Below, one piece after another: positions 13,966 through 27,639 of a stretch of 64,000 nt of DNA; within the stretch, counting starts at the first letter, position 1, and the number at the start of each line of letters is the position of its first letter. The position numbers were made by a program, and so were the translations under genes. The notes below the pieces were generated by a model. The model ran no database searches, had not been told where the DNA came from, and saw only the letters and a list, made by a program, of their open reading frames with translations. The DNA comes from the human T2T-CHM13v2.0 reference genome, Homo sapiens. The stretch lies in NCBI RefSeq assembly GCF_009914755.1, contig NC_060929.1; one strand, given 5' to 3'.

Positions 13966-14299
13966 GTGAAGCCTGGGAGGCCCCGGAGGCCTGAGGGGCT
14001 GGATGGGGTGAAGGCTTCCTGGAGAAGGCAGGGCATGGACTGAGCATGAGAAGATGAAGAGACTTCAGCTGGGCAGAGGGGAAGGGAGAGAGCCTTGAGA
14101 CTGGGGGATGAGGGCTGCTTGAAGAGAGACATGGAGGTGAGGACGCACGGGGGCAAGGCTGCTTTACTAGACTGGAAGCTCACCAAGGCAGGGTCTACAT
14201 TCAGCTGTATCCTGACCCAGTGCTTGGCACTTTGAATGAGCTCAGCAAGAGTTTGTTGAACACTTAGAGTGTGAGTGCATGAGTTAGGGGGCTCTTTGA

Positions 14300-14755
14300 G
14301 ATGCAGGTGACCAGAACCCAGTTATCACACTCAGTTGGAAAGTCCAGAGGGTGTGCTTCAGGCACAGCTGGGTCTAGGGGTTCAATCAGTGTCATCAGGA
14401 AGCTGGTTCTCTGGGTCTGTCAGTAGTGCTTCCTTCCAGGATGGCTTCCTTCTGAGGCTTCATTCTTCGTGAGGTCACCCTAGCAGCTCTAGGCGTACAT
14501 CTAAGCTTGGTAAAGGGTTGTCTTTCCCCAGTTTGCAACTATTTTAGAATTGAGTCTCATTGGATGAGCAGGGCTGTGCACCCATCCCTAAATTAATCCC
14601 TGTGGCCCGGAGGATGGAATGCTTTTCTTGGCTGGGCGTGGGTCATGTAACCACCCCTGGAGCTGGGAATAGAGTCAGCTCCATGGTGGGAAAGTCAGGT
14701 ACTGTTATCTGAAAAAGGTAAACTAGAGACTGGAAGACAAAGCCACGGATGTCTA
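14300..14755. mobile_element. MaLR LTR (MLT1-like)
   Basis: ggaaagtccagagg...cttcaggcacagctgggtctagggg...tctcattgga...ggtcatgtaaccacccctggagctggg typical of MLT1J/K. Confidence 0.6.
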
Positions 14756-14760
14756 CTTTA

Positions 14761-15123
<363 letters not shown>

Positions 15124-15687
15124 TCAGGATGGATTGCCCAATCATTGGTAAATCAGAACTTGTTTCCTCTGCAAGGTGCAGACGATACCAGAAGTATCAT
15201 TTACAAGGAACAGAGCCATTTAAGACAAAAAAGACAGGGTAGAAACCATATAGAAAGAGAGAAGAGGTTATGGTCAAAGCCAAGGCAGTGAGGACGCTGA
15301 GACTTGATGGTGTTTGCTGAAGCGGTGGCTGGAGGTTTGGGAAAAGAAGGAAAGAGGGAGGAGTGAGTTTGGGAATGTTGAATGTCTGAGGATGATGCAG
15401 AGTGAGTTTGCAGGGGCAGGGAGTGGACACGGGGAGGAGGAGGCTTTTATAACCAACAATGGCGGCCTGGACCAGGGGCTGCAGTGGACATGGCCTTGGG
15501 AAGCAAGGTGGTGGTGCTTTGCTGATGCTGGGTGTGTGAAGGGAGGAGGGAAGCCTCAAGGATGAAGGCCGGTTCCTGGCTTGGGCTACCCAAAGGCTGG
15601 GGAGGCAAGTGACACAGATGAGTTTACAAGGAATGGCACTGAGTCAAGGTCCCCGATGCCATCAGCTCCTCACTTATCATCTCTCAG

Positions 15688-15822
15688 GTGGTGTATTTCA
15701 CGGCCACGTTCCCCTACCTCATCCTGCTCATGCTGCTGGTCCGCGGAGTCACCCTCCCAGGGGCCTGGAAGGGCATCCAGTTCTATCTCACCCCCCAGTT
15801 CCACCACTTGTTGTCTTCCAAG
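15688..15822 (+). CDS. SLC6A7: SLC6A7 exon 6 ([10 protein letters not shown]...RGVTLPGA...SSK)
   Basis: ctcag| and |gtgag. Confidence 0.96.
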
Positions 15823-15939
15823 GTGAGCCCCTCAGGGCGGGGTGCAGAGGGAGGAGCCAGGCCTGAGCTGGAGAGTGGAAAGAGGGCTCCCTGGGACACC
15901 GCAGTACCAGGCACTCTGCTCAGCCCTTCTTGCGTCTTT

Positions 15940-16165
15940 TTTATTTATTATTATTGTTATTTTTTTCTATTTTTAAATTGATAGGTAAAATTTTATGTAT
16001 TTATCATGTACAACATGATGTTTTGAAGCATATGTACCTGGGGGAACTGTTAAATCTAGCTAATTAGCATATGTATTATCTCACATAATTATCATTTTTG
16101 TAGTGAGAACACTTAACATCCACTCTCTTAGCATTCTCCAAGAATACGATATATTGTCACTAACT
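15940..16165 (-). mobile_element. Old L1 (L1MA-like) 3' end fragment
   Basis: T-rich tail then tatttatcatgtacaacatgatgttttga...tagtgagaacacttaa. Confidence 0.65.
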
Positions 16166-16945
16166 GCATATTATACTTCATTTATTATTATTAACAATCA
16201 TGGAAACACTATCCTCATTTTACAGAGGAATAAACTGAGGCTCAAAAGGGTTCTTATCAAGCTTAAGGTCATACAGCTAGGGGATCGCAGAACAGGGATC
16301 CCAGCCCAGATTTGTGTGACTGTAAACCCCAAGGAGGGCATTAGTGACAATGGTGACAACAATGGTACTGACAGCTAATGTTAATATTTATTGACTGGGG
16401 ACTGTGCCTGACCTTGCCCTAGTGTTTTACATGCATGTGTGTAGTGATTTAACCCACCCTCCTCCCATGAAGTAGGCACTATTCCTATCCCCTCGTTACA
16501 GATAGGGATCCTGCGGTCCAGAGGGGTGACCTGGCTTGTTCAGGCTGCACAGCTAGAAAATGGTGAAGCTGGGGTCCAAATCCAGGTGCCAGGATTCCAG
16601 AAAGGAAGTAAAGGGGTTATGCAGGCTTACTGCCAATACAAATCTCCTGCACACTTTACATTAGGCTCTGTGTCCTTCAGAACTGGACCAAGCTTAGAGA
16701 CCATCTTCTAGATCCTGGGTGGGAAACTGAAGCCCGCAGAGGGGAAGGGACTTGCCCATGTCCCACGGTGTAAATGTTGGGGGAGGCTTTGCTCCTGGTC
16801 CACGTCACTTGTGAGCCAGGCTCATGACCACGCCATCCCTCGTGACCACGCCATCCCTGGAGCTGTCACACCATCTTCATTCACTGCCTTCCTTCTCTGT
16901 CCTTGACCATCCGCACACCCTCCCTTTCCATCCTTCCCGGCACAG

Positions 16946-17049
16946 GTGTGGATTGAAGCTGCTCTTCAGATCTTCTATTCCCTGGGTGTGGGCTTCGGGG
17001 GGCTCCTCACCTTTGCCTCCTACAACACGTTTCACCAGAACATCTATAG
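16946..17049 (+). CDS. SLC6A7: SLC6A7 exon 7 ([19 protein letters not shown]...ASYN)
   Basis: cacag| and |gtcagt; TM6 motif. Confidence 0.96.
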
Positions 17050-17177
17050 GTCAGTGTCCCACAGCCTCCCAGACCCTGGGGTCCAAAGCAGGGAGGAGAG
17101 TGGCTGGCCAGGGAGGGCCTCAGAGGCTGAAAGGAAGGTCCACTCACCCTGGCCCGCACCTGGACTTCTTCTGGTAG

Positions 17178-17302
17178 AGACACTTTCATCGTCACTCTGG
17201 GCAACGCCATCACCAGCATCCTGGCTGGCTTTGCCATCTTCTCCGTGCTGGGCTACATGTCTCAGGAGCTGGGCGTGCCTGTGGACCAAGTAGCCAAAGC
17301 AG
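17178..17302 (+). CDS. SLC6A7: SLC6A7 exon 8 ([27 protein letters not shown]...VAKA)
   Basis: ggtag| and |gtggg; TM7 motif. Confidence 0.95.
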
Positions 17303-17333
17303 GTGGGCAGGCTGCCAGGCCTCAGTGGGGTGA

Positions 17334-17688
<355 letters not shown>

Positions 17689-18265
17689 GATTGTGGATGG
17701 GTATGTCATGTGTGTGCATATGCACACATGTACGTGCAAAGGAACATGTCCTAGCTGGTCTCTGGTGGTCCATGTGCAAGGGGATGGGTGAGCAAACGAG
17801 TGTGCATTAACCCATGTCTGGAGGCCAATGAGTTTCTGTGCAAGATTGTCACGTTTTGTGCTTTGGTTGCACAAATAAGTCATATTGTGTGTGGAGGTGT
17901 CTATGTGCAAGTGAAAAGGGTGAGAATGATCTTGTGAATCACTGTGTCTTTTGCCAGTGGATGCATGTAAATGTGTGTGTTAGTGGGGTTATTTGTACCA
18001 ATAATTGTATACATAAGTATATTTCAATGAGGTTTTATATTGGGGTCTTGTGTTTGTTTATCAACCTATGTTTATCGAGCACCTACAATGTGCTGGTGTA
18101 GGTCCTGGGAGTTAAGGAAGTATCAGAGGGTGCATTTAAGTGGGCATCTCTGGGTTAGGCTAAACAAATGGCCCAAATGAGTGTAAGTGGCCGTGTGTGT
18201 CTGAGTGTGCGTATGGGAGCCCACCGCATGACCCAAGCTGCTGACCCCGTGTGCCCCTGGCCCAG

Positions 18266-18378
18266 GCCCTGGCCTGGCCTTTGTCGTCTACCCACAGGCC
18301 ATGACCATGCTGCCTCTGTCACCCTTCTGGTCCTTCCTCTTCTTCTTCATGCTTCTGACTCTCGGCCTAGACAGCCAG
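18266..18378 (+). CDS. SLC6A7: SLC6A7 exon 9 ([12 protein letters not shown]...LGLDSQ)
   Basis: cccag| and |gtgagt; TM8 motif. Confidence 0.96.
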
Positions 18379-18408
18379 GTGAGTCTCGTCTGTGGCAGCA
18401 GGCACCCC

Positions 18409-18418
18409 GTGTGTGTGT

Positions 18419-18465
<47 letters not shown>
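18409..18465. repeat. (TG)n microsatellite, SLC6A7 intron 9
   Basis: (GT)5 GG (TG)22. Confidence 0.95.
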
Positions 18466-18466
<1 letters not shown>

Positions 18467-18507
18467 GGGGATAGAATTCTGACCCCCAGCCCCTCCTCTC
18501 TCCTCAG

Positions 18508-18639
18508 TTTGCTTTTCTGGAGACCATTGTGACAGCTGTGACAGATGAGTTCCCATACTACCTGCGGCCCAAGAAGGCGGTGTTCTCAGGGCTCATCTGC
18601 GTGGCCATGTACCTGATGGGGCTGATCCTCACCACTGAT
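18508..18639 (+). CDS. SLC6A7: SLC6A7 exon 10 (FAFLETIVTAVTDEFP...LTTD)
   Basis: ctcag| and |gtgagt. Confidence 0.95.
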
Positions 18640-19132
18640 GTGAGTGGCGCTACAGGGAGGATGGCAGGTGGGCGGGACAAGGGCAGACGCCTGCAACGAG
18701 ATCTCTGGCCCAGCTGAGCAGTTGCTGGGCCCCCTCCATCTTCCTCTTTGCAAGGAACCCAGTCCCTCCCCGGCCCTATCTCCCAAGGGAGGCAGTTTGG
18801 CCTTGTGATCCAGAGTCCTGGCTGTGGAGATTTAGTCTGCAAGATCTGGGTTCAAACCTGACTCCTGCACTTGCTGAGGGGGCTTCAGGATAAATGATTT
18901 CCCCTCCCTGAGATTGTTTTTCCTCATCAGTAAAAGGAGGGTTCTATAATAGACGGCTGTCTTGGGACTCAGATAAGACAAGGCCTAGAAGGGCTGGGCT
19001 GGCAGCCAGTGGTCACCCTGTCATCTTGTGCTGTCAGCATGGCTGCTTCCTGCTCACTTCTTGCCAGGAGAAGGGGCTGTAGCAGAGAACGAGGCCCAGG
19101 AAGGGGACACCAGAACTGTGCTTGTGTTTTAG

Positions 19133-19232
19133 GGGGGCATGTACTGGCTGGTCCTTCTGGATGACTACAGCGCCAGCTTCGGGCTGATGGTGGTGGTTAT
19201 CACCACGTGCCTTGCCGTGACACGGGTGTATG
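19133..19232 (+). CDS. SLC6A7: SLC6A7 exon 11 (GGMYWLVLLDDYSASFG...RVY)
   Basis: tttag| and |gtgag. Confidence 0.95.
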
Positions 19233-19427
19233 GTGAGAAGAGCCGTGGGAAGTGGAGTCGAGCTCTCCGCAGTGGGAGAATGGGAGTCTACCCTGGGGAG
19301 CCCCAGTACCTGGGTCCCTGGTCCCAAGGGCCAGGGTTTCCAGTGGGGGCAGCTGGGGTAGAGGAGGGGCTGCTGGCGCTTGTGGGGCCGGCGGGTGGGG
19401 CCATTCCTCCTCCCCTCCCCTGTGCAG

Positions 19428-19528
19428 GCATTCAGAGGTTCTGCCGAGACATCCACATGATGCTGGGCTTCAAGCCGGGCCTCTACTTCAGGGCCTGCTG
19501 GCTGTTCCTGTCCCCAGCCACGCTCTTG
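19428..19528 (+). CDS. SLC6A7: SLC6A7 exon 12 (GIQRFCRDIHMMLGFKPG...ATLL)
   Basis: tgcag| and |gtaact. Confidence 0.95.
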
Positions 19529-20060
19529 GTAACTGGGGAGGGCGGGAGGGTTTCTGGCTGGGGCCCCAGAATTGAAAGCGGGAGTCCCCTCTGCACGTTC
19601 AGTCTGGTAGGGCCACCCTGGCCCGCAGTGGAGGGCTGTGGGGTGGCCACCAGAATCCTAGTCCATCCCCTCCCCTGATGTTCCCAGCTTCTGTAGCTGT
19701 GCTGGGCCTGGCCCTAGTTCAGTTGGTTAAATGCGTGGGTCTTTCCCAGGCCCCAGGGCCTCAGGATTGGAGCCTTTAGGCTGTGATTTCTGTCTTGGGG
19801 TTAGAGCAGCTAAGGGTCTGGGGTGCCTCAGAACTGGGCTGCTGCAGGCCTTGGTGTTGGGTCAGCTTCGAGCTGGGCTGGCTGAAGCCCTGCAAAGGCT
19901 CCAGAGATGGACCACTTCAGGTTCCGGTACAGCTTAGGATCCTGGGTAGCTCTGGGCTGGACTGTCTCAGGCCTTGGGCTGGCACTAGGCTGGGCTACCT
20001 CGGGCCTTAAGGCAGTTTAGACGAAAGCCCGCAGTGATGCTGGGAGTCCCCACTCTGCAG

Positions 20061-20228
20061 GCCCTCCTGGTGTATAGCATCGTCAAGTACCAGCCCTCGG
20101 AGTATGGCAGTTACCGCTTCCCGCCCTGGGCTGAGCTGCTGGGCATCCTGATGGGCCTGCTGTCCTGCCTCATGATCCCAGCTGGCATGCTGGTGGCTGT
20201 GCTTCGAGAAGAGGGCTCACTCTGGGAG
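20061..20228 (+). CDS. SLC6A7: SLC6A7 exon 13 (ALLVYSIVKY...TM12...SLWE)
   Basis: ctgcag| and |gtgagt. Confidence 0.95.
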
Positions 20229-21699
20229 GTGAGTCTGCCCACCCTGTCCACTCTCAGCCTTCCTGACCTGTGGCCTGACCCTAGGTCCCCCTGCTAGAAC
20301 AGAAAACATATGCACCCACCCCTTATCCAGCTTCTTTTAGCCTGAGGAGACTTGCCTGGGCTGAGGCAGATTCAGGGGCTGGAGTCCTGCCCTGTGGCAC
20401 TTTGTACCACATGAAGCCTTAGGGGAGTGGGTGGCACAATCTAAAGACCACTGTTAACCAGGGACTGGCCCCAGATCCCACCGTGGGTTGGGGGTGTGTC
20501 AGGTCTTGAACTCAGGTCACCAGCCCAGAGCTTGCTTCTGGAACTCAGGGTCAAATGGCGACAGTGAGGGACCCCAGAGGGCAGGCTATCACCCTACTCC
20601 CGTGCCCAGGAGTCCTGCTGTGTCCCACTGGTGGCCCGGGATAGAATGATGGTGTGAGCCCTGCCCACGCCTAGGGTTTTGGGGAGGGACTCAGACAAAC
20701 ATAGAGAGTGCACTCTGCCACAGGGTCTGAGGCCTTGGAAGAGAGGAGTAGTGACCCTTTGTGGGCCAGCAGAAGTGGTGTGGTCTGAGCCTCATTGCAC
20801 CCTCTGAACACTGAGGCCAGCACTTCTGCCGCCGCTGGTGTGGAGTCCTCCGGTGGCAAGAGGCCATCATCATGAATGCAGCTTTAGTGAGCCCGATGGA
20901 TGGCATCCAGAGAGAGCCTGGAGGCACCCACAACATACACATCCCACCAGAAGTGTGCTGGAGCCAGCTAGCACTGGTTCATCCTTAAATATTCAGGAAT
21001 GTGTGAGCTAGGTGTTCAACCATTGGTAGCTAGGAATTGGCAATGGTGGAGATATTTACACCACAGAAAATGGCTACAAAGCGGGCCTCCCTTGCACCCC
21101 ACCCCACAGTCTGCTTACCAGCACACTACTGCCTCTCCTCCACTTCCCCCGTGTAGCTCCTGCCCCTCAGCTCCCCCACCACAAGGCTCCACCTGCAGGG
21201 GTTGCTCAGGAGGCAGAAGTGGTTTATGCCTCCCCCATCCTGCTGCCAGACCACAGGGGCACCCTGGAGTCTAGCCTCTGCACTGCCTCCAATTGCTGTG
21301 TGACTTGGGGCAAACTCCTTCCCTTCTCTGAACCTCAGGAGCTCCACCTCTGTTCCTTGCTTGAGAGCCAGGGTACCTGCAAAGGGAGGGAAGAGAGGGG
21401 AGTTGCTTAGGGGGGAGGCTCCAGCTCCCAGGAAGCTCATGGTCCCCAAGCCTTGCTAATGAGCCACTAGGAGTGCTGGGCTCTCCAGCAGTCACCACCG
21501 CCCCGCTGCCCTGCTGCCCTGCTGCCCTGTCCCACAGCCAGGTGGAAGGGGCATGTTTTGGGGGGCTCGAGAGCTGTGGTGAGCACTGCGGAAGAGGCAT
21601 TCCCCAGCTCAGGAATGCCAGCTTCAGAGGCCAGGGCTTCCAGCACTGACCCTAGGATCAGAATCCTGCCTCTGCCATTTGCCAGCCTCGCGGCCCTAA

Positions 21700-22122
<423 letters not shown>

Positions 22123-22459
22123 GTGTCTTTGTCTTTAAAATGGAGAGAGTGATACCTACTTTTAGGCCTGTTATGAGAAGAAAAGAAGTTTATCAATATA
22201 GTCTGCATTGTGAAAGGCAGAAAAGCAAAATATTTTAAAGGTTCAGGATGGAGTCAGGACGGGTTCAAATCCCAACGCCACCACTTCCCACCTGTGTGAC
22301 CTTGGCCAACTTAACTGATCTCTCTGAGCTTTAATACTCAGATAATATCAGTGCGGGCGGATGGTAAAAGTACTAATACCCCTCTCATTAGGACACTGTA
22401 AAGATTAAATTAGCCAATGCTTAGCACAGAGCTGGAGTGCACTGGGTGCTCAATTTTAG

Positions 22460-22685
22460 GCCAGGGGTTCTCACAGGGGGTGATTTTGCCCTTGGGGGAC
22501 ATTTGGCAATGTCTGGAGACATCGTTGGTTGTCGTGGAGGGGAGAGGGATACAAGGAGGGGTGCTCCTGTCATCTAGTGGGCAGAGTTCAGAGATGCTGC
22601 TAAACAACCTTCCATGCGCAGGACAGCCCCCATAACACAGAATCCTCTAGACCGAAATGTCAGGAGCACTCAGGTTAAGAATGTC
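22460..22685. mobile_element. MER20 DNA transposon (hAT)
   Basis: gggggtgattttgccc...ggggacatttggcaatgtctggagacat...gatgctgctaaaca...caggacagcccc. Confidence 0.85.
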
Positions 22686-22699
22686 TGAGCACCCCCGTT

Positions 22700-23200
22700 T
22701 TCAGCTGGAAACAAACCTAAGTCCTTGTTCTCAGGGAGCTTGTATTTTATTGTGGGGGACAGGCAATAAAGAAATATGTAAAGGTAAGTTCTGCACTTAA
22801 AAAAAAAAGGAGTACAGGAATAAATGGAGAGTGGTACTTTGGCCAGGATGGTCAGAGAAGACCTCTCTGAGGAGGTGGCACCTGACTAACCGGACAGGGT
22901 GATCCATGTAGGTATCTAGGGTAAGAGCATTCCAGGCAGAAAGGCAACACGTGCAAAGGCCCTGAGGCTGGGGGCTGGCATGTTTAAGAACAGCATGGAG
23001 GCCAGTGCTGCGGCTGGAGCAGAGGGGGTGGAGAGAACTGGTGGAGCTGATATCAGGGAGGTAGGCAGGGGCCAGGAGCTGGAGGCCCTGGTGCACACTT
23101 TGGATTTCATTTCCAGTGAGATGTGCAGCCATTGGCAGGCTTCTGAGCAGTGGGGTAGCATGCGTTCAACACATCTTCCTAAGTATCACTGTGCTGTGAG
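22700..23200 (-). mobile_element. L2 fragment
   Basis: gtcagagaagacctctctgaggaggtg...aagagcattccaggcaga...gtgcaaaggccctgagg typical of L2. Confidence 0.7.
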
Positions 23201-24007
23201 TACCGAGCTGTGGGAGACCCCGGCTAAAGGCATCACACATGGTATCTCCCTCGGAACCTGCCCAGTGGGCTGCCCAAATGTTAATTGCCTCCTTTCTTTA
23301 AGGACACAGGGGCTCCCTCTTCTCCCTGGCATGACAGGCAGAGGGATTTGGGAATGTGGTTGAGGAAGAAGGAACTCTGGAATCTCCAGGCTTAGTCATT
23401 ATCTTAGTCACCCCGACTCCGTCCATTGAAACTGGGGCTCTACAAGGGAAAGGTCAGAGGCAGAAGGAGGCAGGTCGGGGCTGGAAGAAACCGGGAAAGC
23501 CAGCTGCAAGCCCACCGCAGTTCTCCCGGTTCATGGCTCTTTTCCAAAAGCCCCCAGCTCCTTAAGATTCAGCATTTAGGGGAAGGCTCCCGGATTGGCA
23601 TTCAGACACTCTGAGGAGGGGCCCGCCGCGTAATTATAGCAACAGCCACCACTTCCCAGGCCTTACCCTGTTCCCAGCACCCTGCTAAGTGCGTCATCTC
23701 AGTGCCTTCACAACAACCCTGTGACAGGACTGGGATTCCCGAATTACAGACCAGGAAGCAGAGCACCCAGAGCCGAGCGGCATTGCCAAGAGCCATCCAG
23801 CTTGCAAGTGGTAGAACAGGATTCTCACCCAGGCAGGTGGATCCCTCCCCTGGGGAAGTCATAGTGCCCCCCACTTCCCCGCCAGGGGGCTGTGGCCAGG
23901 ACTCCCCCAGTGATGTGGTCAGGTGTTTGCTGGGTGTCTGGCCACAGTGAACCCTCCACCAGCGCTGCCTGTTTCCTGTTTTCACTGCTCTCGTTGCTTT
24001 GCTGCAG

Positions 24008-24217
24008 CGGCTCCAACAGGCCAGCCGGCCGGCCATGGACTGGGGACCATCGCTGGAGGAGAACCGGACGGGCATGTATGTGGCCACGCTGGCTGGGAGC
24101 CAGTCACCAAAGCCACTGATGGTGCACATGCGCAAGTACGGGGGCATCACCAGCTTCGAGAACACGGCCATCGAGGTGGACCGTGAGATTGCAGAGGAGG
24201 AGGAGTCGATGATGTGA
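24008..24217 (+). CDS. SLC6A7: SLC6A7 exon 14 coding part (RLQQASRP...EEEESMM*)
   Basis: Polypyrimidine tract then ctgcag|; TGA at 24215-24217 closes a 636-aa frame. Confidence 0.95.
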   Translation, partial: RLQQASRPAMDWGPSLEENRTGMYVATLAGSQSPKPLMVHMRKYGGITSFENTAIEVDREIAEEEESMM

Positions 24218-25644
24218 GGCAGGAGGCAGGCGGGCAGAAGGCCCTGCCCGGGACCTCACAGTCCCTTCTTAGAAGCCTGCAAAGGTCAGCTGTGCCCTCT
24301 GGGATTCTGAGAGGCTATGGGGGGGCCTGCCATAGGGATGCCAGTCCCCCAATGGGGGTCCCTCCTGCAGCCTCTGCCTCTCCTGAAACCTCTGACAACC
24401 CCCTACACACACACACAGGCATACTCAGACCCACTCAAAGCTGAGAATGATCCAACTCAGCCCTACTTTGCGGATGGACATATTAAGGCCAGGAGGGGAG
24501 GGACTTGCCCCAGGTCGCATGGCAGAGGGGACTTGAACCCACGCCTCCTGACCAGCCAGCTCCCTTTCCCATGGGGCAGCCGGCACCACCTTCTCATCTC
24601 TATTCAGGGCCTACACCCCTCCCTTTTTGGGGGGAGCCTGTCCCCACACACCTTAGCACAACCAGAATCTTGAGTTGGGCAGGGAGGGTCAGGGCTACAG
24701 AGGCTCTTGAGGCTCCGAGGCCCTGGGGATCAAAGGTCAATGAGTTAGGTGGGGAGAAAGATCCCTGGGGGCTCCTGTATGCAGGACTCCTGAAGGAGGT
24801 GGGAGCTGAGGGCCCTGGAGGATGGGGAAGGTTTGCAGAGAGAGGAAGAAGAGGGCAGGGTGGGGAGGAGCTCTGGGCCAGAGGATGCTGAGCTGCCTGG
24901 GCAGAGACCAAGAGGGTTGGAGACACTAGTTTTACCAGGTTACAGGAGGGTTCAAGACAGAAGGAAAACTAACAGAGGGGGAGCCAGGGATGATGGGGTG
25001 GGCAGGGGATTTGCATGATGAGGAGTATCATTCCAGATCTGCGCAGAGCGGATCGGACGGGACAGGGTGGAGCGGGGAGGCCTGTGCAAAGTGGGAAAGA
25101 GCTGCCGGTGGCCTGAGCCAGGGTGCTGGGGCTGCGGGTGGGGAAAGGAGGCCCCAGCACTTCAGACAAAGGCCACCCCTTCACCCACTGGACCCCAAGC
25201 CGCAAAAGCTGGGGAGGTAGGAAGGGTCACTGTGAGGGCCCAGGGCCCCTCTCTTCCCATCTCCCTTGTCCTGGTGGCCTTCAGTGTCTCTTCCAGTTCC
25301 AGGAGCTGCTGGGAAGCTGGCCTTCATTGTTGGTGACAGGGCAACCATGGGACTAGGAGGTGGCCCATACACATGGCTGGCTGGTCCTGAGGCCACCCAC
25401 CTTGTTCCAGGACATGGGCCCGGGCCCGGTGTGGGGGTAGACGCAGAGGGCAGAGGGTAGCCCTTGGTACTGTGGGTCCCTCAAAGAGGAGAGTGGGGTG
25501 CAGAAATGCCTCAGCATGGCTCATGCACACAGCATTCTCCCGTGGGGCAGGGTTCCCTCATGCAACAGGCCTCCCTGTGGCCAGCCTCTCTGCCTGTCTC
25601 TCGCTGCGTCCCCCCAACCCCTTGTGTTCTATTGGTTCATTGTT

Positions 25645-25650
25645 AATAAA
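25645..25650 (+). terminator. SLC6A7: SLC6A7 poly(A) signal AATAAA (3'UTR about 24218-25670)
   Basis: First AATAAA after the stop, preceded by a U-rich stretch. Confidence 0.75.
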
Positions 25651-27204
25651 TATCAAATGAGGTCACGCTCCTTACCCCGTCTCCTTACTGCTGAGAGCCG
25701 TGAGGTGGGCAGCACAGGGCTCCCCAGCTCCCACTGGACAGGGGAGGAAACAGGCTCTGCTCCCTCCTTCCCCGGCTCTCCTGGCTTCTGCCCTGGGTCT
25801 GACATTTCCCTGTGGCAGTAGGTGGTGGGTGGGGCTCAGAAAGGAAGACAACTCCAGGCCCTTACAGACTACTTAGTTCCCTGTTATACAGACAGACAAA
25901 CCGAGGCCCACGGAGGGAAAGAGACTTGCTCAAGGTTACCCAGCCAAGCCGGGCAGAGCCTGGGGCAGCAGGGGCCAGCAAAGCGGAGCCCATGAGCCCG
26001 CTGCCTCCTTCCCTCTCCCACTCCTCCTCAGCCCTGCCTGCAGGTGAAGGCTGGAGCTGAAGACCAGGGCTAGGAGGAGCCAAGAGTTTCCCAGGCCGGA
26101 AGAATCTCTGGGTTCCACCCACCCACTCCTGGCAGGGCCTTGTCATATAAAAGAGCCCCAGGGCCTTTCAAATGCGAGGCCCAGGTGTTTGCAAAGGCTT
26201 TGATTGGGGGTGGAAAGGAAGGGCGGCTGCATATTTCAGATATTAATAAATTCCCCCTAACAAAGGGCCAGGCCCCCCTCCCACTCCTCTTTGTTTGGGG
26301 CTCTGGGTGAGGGGAAAGAGATGAATTTGCTAATTTGCAAAGCGTGTGAGAATGGTCTTCAGAATTCAGGTGCTTCTTCCCACGGGGCAGGCTCCAGCCC
26401 TGCTGGCAGCGCCCTGGTACTCAGCCTTCTCAGCATGCCCTGTCTGGGGAGGAGGTGCTCTCTGCCTGGACACGGGGCCATGGACTTTCGAATATTCCTC
26501 ACCAGCCTCTCGGCTGCAGCCAGGTGTCCTGGGAGTCAGGAAAGGAGCATCTTGGGAGTCTAGGCTTCCTTTCTCCTCAGATTCCAAGTGTGAGATTGGA
26601 GGGTTGTAGGAGTCCATGGGTCCCACCAGCTTCACTTCCTCCTGCCTCCCCAACCCCTGCCCACTCCTGCCACCGGGCCTGCGGTCCCTGTCCTGCCCTC
26701 CCTGGCCCAGTCTTCCAGTTTCTCCTGCTTTTTCCATTTCCTCTGCTCTCAGACAGCTTTTCCTGCCGCTCTACCTTCTCCTCCCTCCGTCGCCGGCAAC
26801 ATCTCCCAACTGCTCCGGTCCTGATCCCTGTATTGACTTTAGGTCTCCCTGGCTCAGAACAGCCCCCAGCCTGGCCCTGATTACAGTGGGAACTGACTGG
26901 GGAACAGGCAGCTCCAGCTGGGGGAACCCACGACAGCATAGCAGGCAGCTCAGAGAAAACATCAGCCCTGTCTGGAGTAGGATCCCACCCTGCAAACCTC
27001 GAATGTCCTACCCGGCAGCAAACTCACATCCTACAGGGCCAGCCAGGAACCTGGGTGAGGAAAGCTGTTGGTATGAGCGGGAGAATATGTGGCAACTGAC
27101 CCTCCGTGAGTGCTGGAGAGGCAAGAGGGAGTGGTAGGGACTGTGGTGAACTAGAGAAGAAAGCACGCCTATCTTAAGAGGGAGGCCACCTCTCAGAAGT
27201 GTGG

Positions 27205-27300
27205 GCCCAGGCTGCCAGATCTCCGGGCTTTTTAAGGGCAGCTGGAAATCTGGATTTTTATGAGAAATTTCCCAATGTGCAATGTGGATGACTGATTTAA
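27205..27300. mobile_element. MER102-like fragment
   Basis: gctgccagatct...ctggaaatctggatttttatgagaaatttccc. Confidence 0.55.
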
Positions 27301-27315
27301 AAGTTGTAAGCATGA

Positions 27316-27639
<324 letters not shown>

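Noticed and set aside
18379-18507. Intron 9 as an in-frame retained coding intron (129 nt = 3n)
   Set aside because: In-frame TAG at 18472-18474
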